A stretch of DNA of 52,842 bases from an archaeon (GCA_037442745.1 JBBIPP010000007.1:1-52842); one strand, 5' to 3'; counted from the first letter of the stretch, positions 1-9,326 are shown. Numbers and translations: made by a program. Notes: generated by a model not told the origin, from the sequence alone.

Positions 1-156
1 TGCTTTCAACTTCGAGAAAGTTCGTATTGCGGATTTTTCGCTAATCTTTGTCAAGTGTTTCAACAGTCCCAAAATCAACCGAAGATATTTAAACACTTAA
101 TAATGGTCAATTAATTGAGAAAAAAATAAAAGCCACTAAGGAGTAACTAAGTTTAA

Positions 157-1788
157 ATGACTGACCAAATGTTCGAAAAATTGGAAGAGGAAAGAGCCTC
201 GGAAATTGAAGGTAACTTCCTTTCCTTGTCCGATCTAAAAGAAGCATACTCCGCCTACGGAATTCCCCTTCCGAGAATTTCTGTTGGCTCGACAAGGGCC
301 GGAATTGGCCATATGGATGAGGCTCTTGCAATTGTCAAGACCGCTAAGCGAGCGGGCCTCTACGTCTCAATCTCAAATCTCGTTCTTGACGATGACAAAA
401 TTGGGGAGGAAATCCTCACGGGAAAACCGAGCGAGGGAAGGATTCTTCCGGAAAGAATAGTTATTGCAGGAATGCACGTCCTCATTGACAAGATGCGTGA
501 TTTCGGGATTGGGGCAACTCTCGCAATTGAGAGGGTTCCGATAATTGCCAAATGGGCAATGGGCGTGCGAGACGAGTCCGCTCTCTACCGCCAGCTCTTT
601 GAAAATCTCCCGGAAGGCTCCGACCAATCAAACACAGTAATTGTTTCAACCCACCCGATTTATGCAATAGGCGGGAGCAAGCTCGGATTCGAGACAATAA
701 ACGTTGTCCCGGACCCCTTCTCCCTTGATTCAGCCGAAGGATATTCTCCGCTTCTAGGAGCATATTCCTGCGGGATGGTTAACGGACCGAAAGTCAGAAC
801 ACTTGTCCTTGATTTGCAGGAAAAGGAGAATTTCGCCAATTATGCGGAAAGGCGGAGAAATGCTCCTTTGAAAATAGGCCTTTTGGGGAACGAGACCCTA
901 TCAGACACAAGGGTTGCTGGCTTTCCCCTTTCAACCGAGACTCTTGACTGGATTGAAACCGTTTCCGGAAGAATAAAGGAAAAAGGAACGCCTTTCAAGG
1001 TTTCCCCCGACGGGAAAGAAAATCCGGTTTTGGGAATAATTCTTGCAGGAGCGGGCTCATATTGGGGGGAGGGGCGCGAGGTTGCAGAGCGGATTCTCTC
1101 GGAGACCGACTATTCTGTCTCAATTTTCACTGCATATAACCAGAAGGCGTTGAGGGAGGCAAGGGAACTATCGGAAAAAAATCCCGGAAGGGTTTCCGTT
1201 AGGGGACTTGAGCAGGTATCGAAACAGAAGAAATACTGGCAGAACCCGGAATACAAGGCTGTCGCTTTCGGGAACGCATCTCCGAGCGAGTATTCCGATT
1301 CCCTTGTCGCGGCGGCTGACATGACGCAAATGGCATACGGCGAGTCAGACATTCTCCTTGTAAAGCCCGGGCAAATACCCCATAACAGGGTGGAAGGGTC
1401 AATTGACTCTTCCGAGAAATCAGTGGTTTTCTGGAACAAAGTAGAAGGCGAGCAGGAAGTTTCTCAGCGCAAGTCATATGTTGCCCGGGGAGGAATAGGT
1501 GTCGACACTCCTAATGAGGCTTTTAAGGCAATATCAAACCTTGAAAGGATGAGAGCTGCCGTCCTTTCCAGCTACTCAGCCCTCTCCAGCCAATTTTCCG
1601 GAAGGAGAAAATCCGGAAAAAACCCGCTTCCAATTGACGGTAGTTTTGCAGGCTCGGAGAAAATACTCGCCTTCGCTCTGCTTTCAGGACTACGTAACGC
1701 GCCCGAAAGAGCCCGCCTCTCCGCATACGAGTTCCTCGGGAAGAGGGCGGACGAGTACAGGCTTTCCCGCTCGACAGACGCCTACTGA
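157..1788 (+). CDS. divergent GT-B glycosyltransferase (GT28, MGDG synthase/UgtP-like)
   Basis: Ordered GT28-like motifs: GIGHMDEALAI, ILAGAGSYWG, DILLVKPG, GEQEVSQRKSYVARGGIG; TATA-like TATTTAAA near 87-94. Confidence 0.55.
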   Translation: MTDQMFEKLEEERASEIEGNFLSLSDLKEAYSAYGIPLPRISVGSTRAGIGHMDEALAIVKTAKRAGLYVSISNLVLDDDKIGEEILTGKPSEGRILPERIVIAGMHVLIDKMRDFGIGATLAIERVPIIAKWAMGVRDESALYRQLFENLPEGSDQSNTVIVSTHPIYAIGGSKLGFETINVVPDPFSLDSAEGYSPLLGAYSCGMVNGPKVRTLVLDLQEKENFANYAERRRNAPLKIGLLGNETLSDTRVAGFPLSTETLDWIETVSGRIKEKGTPFKVSPDGKENPVLGIILAGAGSYWGEGREVAERILSETDYSVSIFTAYNQKALREARELSEKNPGRVSVRGLEQVSKQKKYWQNPEYKAVAFGNASPSEYSDSLVAAADMTQMAYGESDILLVKPGQIPHNRVEGSIDSSEKSVVFWNKVEGEQEVSQRKSYVARGGIGVDTPNEAFKAISNLERMRAAVLSSYSALSSQFSGRRKSGKNPLPIDGSFAGSEKILAFALLSGLRNAPERARLSAYEFLGKRADEYRLSRSTDAY

Positions 1789-1989
1789 AAAATCGCTGGA
1801 ACCGGTCCGTTGTTCTGCCAAACATTCCGTCATCCGGAAAGACCTCTTTTTTCTTTCCCTCAAGGGATTCTTTTTAGTGAAAAAGAATGGCTTGAGCGCT
1901 GAGGCTGAGCCAATTTCGGCTCCAACCCAATTAATTGGCAAAGTCAAGTCCAGCGCAATGCCAAAACTCAACGAGAAATAAAATGCGCG

Positions 1990-2077
1990 TGGCGCTGAGG
2001 ATGGGATTCGAACCCATGCATCCCGTAAGGGAAACCAGCTTTCCAGACTGGCGCGTTAACCGCTTCGCTACCTCAGC
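1990..2077 (-). tRNA. tRNA-Ser(GGA), CCA encoded
   Basis: Cloverleaf GCTGAGG...CCTCAGCGCCA, anticodon arm CCAGT-CTGGAAA-GCTGG, long variable arm, GGTTCGAATCC T-arm; TTTATAAA about 27 bp upstream. Confidence 0.97.
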
Positions 2078-2157
2078 AGGCTTTCCGGTGAAACTGGCGT
2101 TGCTTTATAAAAAAGAGGTATTTTCTTTTTCTTCCGAACCGCGCCCCTCTCCACAAC

Positions 2158-3219
2158 GTGCTATCAATTGAAGAAAAGCCAAAACCGCCAGAATTAAAAC
2201 CGGGGTTTCCCAAGAACTTGCCAGTGAGCCAAGGACCAGAAGATACGGATTCCATTTTCCTGATACGGATAGGGGAAGTTGCCCTGAAAACAGGCAAGCC
2301 GAGAATAGAGTTCGAGCGCAGGCTATTTTCGAACATTAACAATTTCCTCGAAAACAGGGGGGTCGGCGGACTGGCCTCAAAGGACAGAACTGGCCGGGCA
2401 GTTGCAAGGATTCCCGCGGGAAATGAAAAACTGGCGGAGCGTGTGCTTTCGAAGGTTTTCGGAGTCACTTCCTTTTCCAAAGCTCGTTTGTTTGAGTATT
2501 CCGATCTCACAGATCTCTGCGAAAAGGCGCTATCAATTTCAGAGAGGGAATTTGACTTCTCCCTAGGCAAGTCATTTGCAATAAGGGCAAGAGTTCCTGG
2601 CAAGTCTTCAAGGCAGTTCGACTCTCAGGTTCTTGGAAGGGAGGTTGGGGCGAAAATACTCTCGAAATTCCCTTTTATGGTAGTGGACCTTGACAATCCG
2701 GATATTGAGATTTCAATAGAGGCGAGGGAGGATGGAAGAATCTGCTACCTATTTTCCTCAACAGTTGAGGGAGCTGGTGGCCTGCCCTACGGGAGCGAGG
2801 GGCCTGCTCTAGTTATCCTTGACGGAACGGACGAGTCGGCTCTCGCAGGAATTCTAGCCGCAAAGAGGGGTTGTTCCCTAGATTTCCTCTCATTTTCCGG
2901 GGACGAACTGAGGAACGCCGAATTAATTGGGAAAATAATGGACTTTCTCCCACGGAAAAAAGTTCTCCTGTTCCCGGCGGACTCTATGGACGACGCCCTT
3001 GCCAAATCCGGTGCGCTCGCCCTTGTCCTGGGAAGAACCCGACCACCAGAGACTCGGGAATTTCCCGGTTTTTTGGAAATCGCCCCCCTTGAATTGGTCG
3101 AAAAGTCCGCGCTAGCCGGGCTCAAGGAAAAATATTTCGGGGACTTGCCAGTGAAAATATCAGAGAAAAAGTCCGCCGAAAGCTCCCGGAGGTTCCTCGA
3201 AGTAAAATGGCAAAGCTGA
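2158..3219 (+). CDS. thiI: ThiI-like THUMP-domain protein with degenerate PP-loop (true start perhaps 2218/2224)
   Basis: IRIGEVALKTGKPRIEFERRL, VFGVTSFS, VDLDNPD, GAGGLPYGSEG typical of ThiI; SGGxDS replaced by DGTDES. Confidence 0.8.
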   Translation: MLSIEEKPKPPELKPGFPKNLPVSQGPEDTDSIFLIRIGEVALKTGKPRIEFERRLFSNINNFLENRGVGGLASKDRTGRAVARIPAGNEKLAERVLSKVFGVTSFSKARLFEYSDLTDLCEKALSISEREFDFSLGKSFAIRARVPGKSSRQFDSQVLGREVGAKILSKFPFMVVDLDNPDIEISIEAREDGRICYLFSSTVEGAGGLPYGSEGPALVILDGTDESALAGILAAKRGCSLDFLSFSGDELRNAELIGKIMDFLPRKKVLLFPADSMDDALAKSGALALVLGRTRPPETREFPGFLEIAPLELVEKSALAGLKEKYFGDLPVKISEKKSAESSRRFLEVKWQS

Positions 3220-3482
3220 GCTTATGCGATTCCGAGAGCGCATATCAGGTTCTTCCGGACAATCCTTGCGAATTTTCCCTTTTGAAGAAGAGGAACGCCC
3301 TCGATTCCTTGGGGGCGGTGATTGCCTTGACGCCCTATGTCGCCGTATTGAGAGGCCCCGAAGGTGAGGAGTTCTCAATATATTCCAACGGCAAAATACT
3401 TTTCAGGAAAATCCCCCCTTCTTGGAACGAGGAGAAAATCAAGACCGCAGCCGAGAGGGTCTATTCCGCCCTTGCCGACTGA
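3207..3482 (+). CDS. small conserved protein resembling the C-terminal extension of ThiF/MoeB E1-like proteins
   Basis: Overlaps thiI end; TPYVAVL...FSIYSNGKILF pattern recalled from memory. Confidence 0.5.
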   Translation: MAKLSLCDSESAYQVLPDNPCEFSLLKKRNALDSLGAVIALTPYVAVLRGPEGEEFSIYSNGKILFRKIPPSWNEEKIKTAAERVYSALAD

Positions 3483-3489
3483 CTTTGGC

Positions 3490-3921
3490 TTAACTGCCTT
3501 TGGCCTTTTTCCCCGATGACGACCTTTCCTCAACTTCAACTGTCGGGAAATTCATCGGAAGGGGCAGTGCAACTTCCCTCGCCAGGTTTATTGCGACAAT
3601 CAGGGGGAGCCGAAGTATTGCCTGATGCACCTGCCTAGCTTCGTCTGGGACGAGAACGGTCGTGTTTCCGTTCTTCACAGTCATTTTATCAATGTCCCCA
3701 GAAATGTAGACTTTTCCCTCGACAACAATCTTTCCGACGGACGGCGTATATTCTACGTCAAGCCCCCATTTCATTGAGATGACTTTCTGCCCCCTGATTT
3801 CCTCGAAAACAACTGGACCTGCCCTGCTGTTCGTTGATACTGAGACAGAGCCTCCTGAGAGCTTCTCTTCCTCGTTCACTTTCGCCTCTACTTTCGTTAG
3901 CAACATCCTTGTTATTGCCAT
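3490..3921 (-). CDS. conserved hypothetical archaeal protein (beta-rich)
   Basis: Clean ORF with ATG; TTTTATAAA about 25 bp upstream, shared with the divergent ybaK. Confidence 0.75.
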   Translation of the reverse strand: MAITRMLLTKVEAKVNEEEKLSGGSVSVSTNSRAGPVVFEEIRGQKVISMKWGLDVEYTPSVGKIVVEGKVYISGDIDKMTVKNGNTTVLVPDEARQVHQAILRLPLIVAINLAREVALPLPMNFPTVEVEERSSSGKKAKGS

Positions 3922-3972
3922 TCTCGGGAGAATCCGCCCTGTTTTATAAATGTGTTTGGGAAAATCTTCCCA

Positions 3973-4506
3973 ATGGCTTCAGAAAAGCTCCTAAAATTCA
4001 TAAGGGATTTCGGGATTTCCGCCGAGGCAATAGAATTCTCCGGAAGCGTGCACACAGTTGCCGATGCGGCAAAAGAGGCGGGTGTCGTGGAAGGGGACTT
4101 GATAAAGACAGTTGTCGGGCTTGCGGGGGACGCGCCTTTCGTTGCAGTACTACCTGGAAACCGGAAGCTTGACTTTTCAAAAATTAGGGAGCTTCTTGGG
4201 ACTGGGAAAGTGTCGATTGCGAGGCCGGAGACAGTCCTTTCAATAACTGGCTATCCAGTTGGAGGAGTTCCTCCGGTGTTCGAGGGCGCGGACAGAATAG
4301 GGGTCTTCCTAATTGACCGGAGAGTCCTCTCGAAGGAATTCGTTTTGGGCGGGGGCGGGGACTCGAAAAGCCTCCTGAAAATATCTCCCACAGAAATACT
4401 CCGAATAACAAAAGGGACTCTTGCGGAAATTTCCGTTCAGGAGAGGTCTGCAATTATTTTTCGGAGGGTTTTCAGGAAAAAGTCTACTTCTGACTCTGTG
4501 TTGTAG
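3973..4506 (+). CDS. ybaK: YbaK/EbsC-family aminoacyl-tRNA deacylase
   Basis: HTVADAA, LIKTVV, TGYPVGGVPP, VLGGGG motifs; 3' end overlaps convergent sufS by 70 bp. Confidence 0.9.
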   Translation: MASEKLLKFIRDFGISAEAIEFSGSVHTVADAAKEAGVVEGDLIKTVVGLAGDAPFVAVLPGNRKLDFSKIRELLGTGKVSIARPETVLSITGYPVGGVPPVFEGADRIGVFLIDRRVLSKEFVLGGGGDSKSLLKISPTEILRITKGTLAEISVQERSAIIFRRVFRKKSTSDSVL

Positions 4507-5654
4507 AAATATAGGGACGGCCTGACAGAACCATGTATTTTCCTCGAGTTGTACCAGGAATGGACGCAGTGCCTTCCTGAGCGGAGCGCGATTTTTCCGA
4601 GGGAATCCAAGGTGAGTGCAATCTGATGGTGGTCAATGCCAGAAACCGTGAAGTTCGCAAGGGCGCTAGCGTATTTCTTCGGGTCGGAAGGGCTGATTAG
4701 CCTGACTTTTTCGATTTCCCCGAGGCCTTCTACAAGAGCGTTCACCAGCATTTTCTTCCTTCTCTCAATTTCCCCGAGGCCGACCCGCTTCGACAGATAA
4801 TTTGCCGCTTCCCCAAAGCCTATTATCCCGGCATAGTCCTGAAGGCCTGCTTCGAACTTTTCAGGTGGCCTCGAGAATTCCGCTGACGAATATGTCGAGT
4901 CTTCGACAGTCTCCCCCCCGACAAGGAAAGGCGAAAGCTCTTCTAAATCCAGCGCCTTCGCCCAGAGGGCGCCAGTTCCGGTAGGCCCGCACATCTTGTG
5001 CCCTGAGAATGACAGGAAATCGCATCCGAGGTAATTTACCGAGATTTTGCTAGAAGGCACTCCTTGGGCCCCGTCAATCAGGACTTTTGCCCCTCCTGCC
5101 TTTCTCGCAATTTTTCCAATTGCCTCAGCAGGCATCCTTGTTCCAGAAAGGTTTGAGACTAGCGGGAAAGCGACCAGCCTCAATTTTCCTGATTTTGCCT
5201 CCTTCTCAATTGCGGAGAGATCGGGCTCGAAATTTCCATTTGTCGGTATTATCTTGTGGGTTGCCCCAGTCTCCCGCGCCCTCTTCTGCCAGGGGAGGAG
5301 GTTTGAATTATGCTCAATATCGGTTGTGAGGATTATGTCACCTTTCTTGAAATTGAGGGAATTTGCGACAAGGTTTATCCCTTCAGTCGTGTTCCTCTGG
5401 AAAACAATTTCCTTCTCTTTTGCCCCGATAAGCTTGGCAACAGATTCCCTTGCCCGGTCAACTTCAAGGCCGGTTCTGTCGGAAAGCCTGTGCGCGCTTC
5501 GTCCCGAGCAGGCTGTGTATTCGGAATAGTATCCGTTCATTTTCTCGACAACCTGTCTCGGCTTTAGCGCCATGCAGGCGCTGTCGAAATAGACGCATTT
5601 TTTTAGGACGGGAAAATCTTCCCGGATCCCCTCAATCTTTCTTCCGAATAGCAT
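4437..5654 (-). CDS. sufS: cysteine desulfurase (SufS type)
   Basis: YFDSAC, EHNSN, DGAQ, FSGHKMCGPTGTG (PLP lysine), RSGRHC (catalytic Cys); start moved to ATG 5654. Confidence 0.95.
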   Translation of the reverse strand: MLFGRKIEGIREDFPVLKKCVYFDSACMALKPRQVVEKMNGYYSEYTACSGRSAHRLSDRTGLEVDRARESVAKLIGAKEKEIVFQRNTTEGINLVANSLNFKKGDIILTTDIEHNSNLLPWQKRARETGATHKIIPTNGNFEPDLSAIEKEAKSGKLRLVAFPLVSNLSGTRMPAEAIGKIARKAGGAKVLIDGAQGVPSSKISVNYLGCDFLSFSGHKMCGPTGTGALWAKALDLEELSPFLVGGETVEDSTYSSAEFSRPPEKFEAGLQDYAGIIGFGEAANYLSKRVGLGEIERRKKMLVNALVEGLGEIEKVRLISPSDPKKYASALANFTVSGIDHHQIALTLDSLGKIALRSGRHCVHSWYNSRKIHGSVRPSLYFYNTESEVDFFLKTLRKIIADLS

Positions 5655-5770
5655 TATTGCCTTTTGCTCCCTTCTCTTTTTTAAGAATCTCCATTCTCCT
5701 TCTTTCCCGCCATCCCCAGTTCCTCCAATAGACATAAAACCCCTGCCCCACTCTCCCAGGCGTGCTAGAA

Positions 5771-5998
5771 ATGAGAAAAAAGTCCGCAAAGAGCGGGGAG
5801 ATAACCCTCTCAATAATTCCCGGGAAAACCAGAAAAGAGAAAGTTGGCCCCGGAGAAACGGCCTCATCACTCCTATCCCGCCTCGGGATTAACAGGGAGA
5901 CTGTGATTGTCAGGGTCTCCGGCAAAATGGTTTCCGATTCCGAGAAAATCCTTCCGGGAAGGAAAGTGGAGATAATTTCAATAATTTCCGGAGGCTGA
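5771..5998 (+). CDS. ubiquitin-like sulfur carrier (ThiS/MoaD/SAMP2, TtuB-like)
   Basis: Beta-grasp size, C-terminal ISGG, directly upstream of ttuA. Confidence 0.9.
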   Translation: MRKKSAKSGEITLSIIPGKTRKEKVGPGETASSLLSRLGINRETVIVRVSGKMVSDSEKILPGRKVEIISIISGG

Positions 5999-7005
5999 AG
6001 AAAACGGCGGACTGCTTTGTCAACGGTTGCAAGAGAAGTCCAGTCATTTCTCTCAGATACTGCGGGGAGAATCTATGCAGGAAGCATTTCCTGAAAAAGA
6101 CCTGGAAGCGGATTAAGAGGCACACTGCCCAAGGGGAGCTAGTCGTCTCCGGAGACAGGGTTGCTATAGGATATTCGGCTGGGAAGGACTCTACCGCCCT
6201 CCTACATATTTTCCACGAGCTTTTCTCCAAAAGGAAAGACATTTCCCTTGTTGCAATAACAATTGACGAGGGGATTTCCGGATACCGCCCCCAATCTCTC
6301 AGGCTCGCAAAGAAGACTTGCAAAGCCCTAGGGATAAGGCACGTCGTTGTCTCGGCGGAGAAAGAGTTCGGGAAAACAATTGATTCCGTCGCAAGGAACC
6401 TCGCAAAAACCTCCGGTGGCCGGGGCCCTGCCCCCTGCTCGTATTGCGGTGTCGTCCGGCGCTATCTCTTGAACAAGGAGGCTCAGCGGGAAAGCGCAAC
6501 AAAGGTCGCTACAGGACACAATTTGGATGACGAGGCAGAATCGGTCCTTATGGATTTCGTCAGGGGAGATGTCCAGAAAATTGTCCGCCTTGGGCCGAAG
6601 GTCGGAATCTCTCGCTTCTCAGGGTTCGTCCAGAGAATAAAACCACTTAGAATTATTCCGGAACGGGAGGTCGCGGCTTTTGCCCTCCTGAACAATTGGG
6701 AATTCGACTCTTCAGTCTGCCCCTACTCTTCCTTCGCCCTCCGCGAAAAGGTGCGGGAAGCAATGAATTCTATTGAGGTTGCGCATCCAGGAACGAAATA
6801 TTCAATTGTCTCGACTGCGGACAAGATTATTCCCTCAATTAGGGCCGGATTTTCCCTGTCGGGGCCGAAAATCTGCAAATATTGCGGAGAGCTCTCCTCG
6901 AGGGAAATGTGCAGGTTCTGCGAATATGTTCTTGAAGCCCCCTTTCCCTCGCCCAAAGAAAAAGGGACTTGCCCGCGCCCCCGAATAGGGGTTAGGGTTA
7001 AATAA
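5995..7005 (+). CDS. ttuA: tRNA 2-thiouridine synthase TtuA/NcsA (TIGR00269-like), apparent CTG start
   Basis: Manual translation from 5995 gives N-terminal Cys/His Zn motif, PP-loop YSAGKDS, IDEGISGYR, PCSYCGVVRR, ATGHNLDD, CPY and a C-terminal Zn finger; ORF track shows only 6469-7005. Confidence 0.92.
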   Translation: MKKTADCFVNGCKRSPVISLRYCGENLCRKHFLKKTWKRIKRHTAQGELVVSGDRVAIGYSAGKDSTALLHIFHELFSKRKDISLVAITIDEGISGYRPQSLRLAKKTCKALGIRHVVVSAEKEFGKTIDSVARNLAKTSGGRGPAPCSYCGVVRRYLLNKEAQRESATKVATGHNLDDEAESVLMDFVRGDVQKIVRLGPKVGISRFSGFVQRIKPLRIIPEREVAAFALLNNWEFDSSVCPYSSFALREKVREAMNSIEVAHPGTKYSIVSTADKIIPSIRAGFSLSGPKICKYCGELSSREMCRFCEYVLEAPFPSPKEKGTCPRPRIGVRVK

Positions 7006-7025
7006 CAATATGGCTTTTCCAAGAT

Positions 7026-7541
7026 ATGATTCCCGACGAAGCCCAGTGCGTTTCAATTCTTGAGAGGGAAGGAGCTGACAAGAAGCTAATCGAGCACTGC
7101 AGGGCAGTTGCCTACCTTGCGGACAGCGTATCAAAGAAAATATCGGTGAAGCTAAAAATAAATTGCCCAGCAATACTCGCAGGCGCCCTCCTCCACGATC
7201 TCGGCCGGACAAAGACCCAAGGGGCTGAGCACGGGGTAATTGGCGCGAAAATCGCCCGCTCCTACGGGGTTGACGATTCTGTCTGCAGGATTATTGAGCG
7301 TCACGTTGGACCGGGTTTCACTGATTCCGAGGCAGTTGTTTTGGGCCTTCCCCTGGGAAAAATCTATCTTCCGACAACAATTGAGGAGAAAATTGTCTGC
7401 TATTCCGACAAGCTTGCATATCCTGGAGGAATAGCGACTAAAAAGGAGGCGCTTGAGAGTTATGAGGCGGAATTCGGGAAAGGCGCGCCCTTCGAGCGCC
7501 TGAGAACGCTTTTGGAGGAGATATCTTCTCTTTGCTTATAG
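7026..7541 (+). CDS. HD/HDIG-domain phosphohydrolase (TIGR00295-like)
   Basis: EHC, GALLHDLGR, HGVIGA, ERHVG, EEKIVCYSDK. Confidence 0.9.
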   Translation: MIPDEAQCVSILEREGADKKLIEHCRAVAYLADSVSKKISVKLKINCPAILAGALLHDLGRTKTQGAEHGVIGAKIARSYGVDDSVCRIIERHVGPGFTDSEAVVLGLPLGKIYLPTTIEEKIVCYSDKLAYPGGIATKKEALESYEAEFGKGAPFERLRTLLEEISSLCL

Positions 7542-8692
7542 GGATTGTGGGGAAACCTTCGGGCGGGAAATCCACCTTTTTCAAGGCGGCGACAATGGTC
7601 GAGAACGTTGAAATCTCGCCCCGTCCTTTTACAACAATCAGGCCAAATAGGGGAGTTGGATATGTCCGGACAGCCTGTCCCTGCAAATCCCTCGGACTTG
7701 TCTGCTCCCCCCGCCAGGGAAAATGCGTCAATGGAACCCGGTTCGTACCAGTCGAACTCCTGGATGTCGCGGGGCTTGTTCCGGGAGCGCACGAGGGAAG
7801 GGGCCTTGGAAACCAGTTCCTCTCTGACTTGGCAAAGGCGGACTGCCTGATACACATAGTCGATGTTTCAGGGACAACTGATTCGGAAGGTAACCTGACA
7901 CGTGGCCACAACCCTGCCGAAGACGTGAAGTTTCTCGCGGAGGAAATAACCTGGTGGTTCTTTGGGATATTGGAGAAGAACTGGAAGACTGTCGAGAGAC
8001 GGATGAAGATCGAAAAGCCGATTGACGTCCTCTCTGATGTCTTGTCCGGCCTGAACATTAAGAGGGGGACTATTTCCGAAATACTTCAGTCGTTCTCCCC
8101 AACGGAAGGCAACCTCCTCGATTTTGCGAGAGTTCTCCGGGAGAAATCGAAACCAATTGTTATTGCGGCGAACAAGATAGACTTGCCCAAAGGCAGGGAG
8201 AATTTGGAGAAACTGAAAGCGGATTTTCCGGAGGATATAATTGTCCCGGTATTCTCGGAAGGCGAACTCGCCCTCCGCCAGGCAGACAACCGTGGCCTGA
8301 TTTCCTACGTCCCGGGAAGCCCTTCGTTCGAGCTCAAAGGGAACTTATCAGTGGAGCAAAAATCAGCCCTTGAGAGGATCGGAAAAGTTGTCGGGGATTT
8401 GGGCTCGAGCGGGGTTGAGGACGCCCTCGAGAGGGCGGCATTCTCTTCCCTCGGAAGAATTGTCGTTTTCACTGTCGAGAACGAGGCCAAGTTCTCAGAC
8501 CGGGCGGGAAACGTCCTCCCCGACGCCCTCCTTCTCCCCCCGAACTCAAACCCAAAGGATTTGGCAGGAGAGATTCATTCAGACCTAGCTGAAAGCTTTA
8601 TTTCGGCAATTGACGCGAGAAGGAAAGTCAGGATTTCGGCCGATGAGGTATTGAAAAACGGGGCTATTGTGAAAATTGTTTCCGGGAAATAG
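7532..8692 (+). CDS. ychF: YchF/Obg-family ATPase, TTG start
   Basis: GKPSGGKST, PFTTI, DVAGLVPGAHEGRGLGNQFL, NKID, C-terminal TGS-like domain. Confidence 0.95.
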   Translation: MLIGIVGKPSGGKSTFFKAATMVENVEISPRPFTTIRPNRGVGYVRTACPCKSLGLVCSPRQGKCVNGTRFVPVELLDVAGLVPGAHEGRGLGNQFLSDLAKADCLIHIVDVSGTTDSEGNLTRGHNPAEDVKFLAEEITWWFFGILEKNWKTVERRMKIEKPIDVLSDVLSGLNIKRGTISEILQSFSPTEGNLLDFARVLREKSKPIVIAANKIDLPKGRENLEKLKADFPEDIIVPVFSEGELALRQADNRGLISYVPGSPSFELKGNLSVEQKSALERIGKVVGDLGSSGVEDALERAAFSSLGRIVVFTVENEAKFSDRAGNVLPDALLLPPNSNPKDLAGEIHSDLAESFISAIDARRKVRISADEVLKNGAIVKIVSGK

Positions 8693-8709
8693 GCAGGTAA
8701 CCTGCTTTT
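8693..8709 (+). terminator. short hairpin plus T tract after ychF
   Basis: GCAGGT-A-ACCTGC followed by TTTT immediately after the stop. Confidence 0.35.
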
Positions 8710-8801
8710 CCGTCCGCGGAACCACTTGGTTATTTTCCGGAAAATCGCCCTTACCCCCCTAGGAAAAGTTTAAAACCGGATTTTTCGTCCCAAACCGGAC
8801 A

Positions 8802-9308
8802 ATGTGGGAAAAAATCAAGCTCCTATTGGATAGGTATCCTGCCCAAAAGACCGTCGCTCTCGAAATGCTAAAGCGCGGATTTTCAATAGGGGAAAAGGGA
8901 GGAATTTACTGCAACGGGGTCGAGATTTCAGACTCCAAGTTCGCAAGAACAATCGGGGTTGACAGAAGGGCGGTAACTGCCGCTGAAAAGACAATACTCT
9001 CGAACGCCGAATTGAAGAAGATTTTCTCCAAATTCAAGGCAACGCTCGACCTCTCAGACGTTGCAATTGAGAACAATCTGGGAGTTGTCGAGCTTCGGGG
9101 AACTGACAATGCAAAGGTGCCTGGGATACTCTTCAAAATAACAAAAGAGATTTCTGAGAGCGGCATCTCAATAAGGCAGATAATTGCGGATGACACCGGG
9201 ATAGTTTCAGACCCGAAGATTGTGGTAATAACTGACCAGCGGATTTCGGGCGAAGTCCTGACAAGGCTGAAGAATATCCAAGGGATCTCAGAAGTTGTTA
9301 TAAAATAA
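8802..9308 (+). CDS. HTH + ACT amino-acid-binding regulator (COG2150-like)
   Basis: MWEKI...YPAQ, GVDRRAV, PGIL...GISIRQI ACT motif. Confidence 0.85.
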   Translation: MWEKIKLLLDRYPAQKTVALEMLKRGFSIGEKGGIYCNGVEISDSKFARTIGVDRRAVTAAEKTILSNAELKKIFSKFKATLDLSDVAIENNLGVVELRGTDNAKVPGILFKITKEISESGISIRQIIADDTGIVSDPKIVVITDQRISGEVLTRLKNIQGISEVVIK

Positions 9309-9326
9309 GGGAGCCTCCTTTCTGGA

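Noticed and set aside
1-63. 5' part of a minus-strand gene running off the window (MKHLTKISEKSAIRTFSKLKA)
   Set aside because: Too short to support a call.
4437-4506. 70-bp convergent ybaK/sufS overlap as a regulatory device
   Set aside because: Most simply explained by stop-codon loss in a compact genome; no other evidence.
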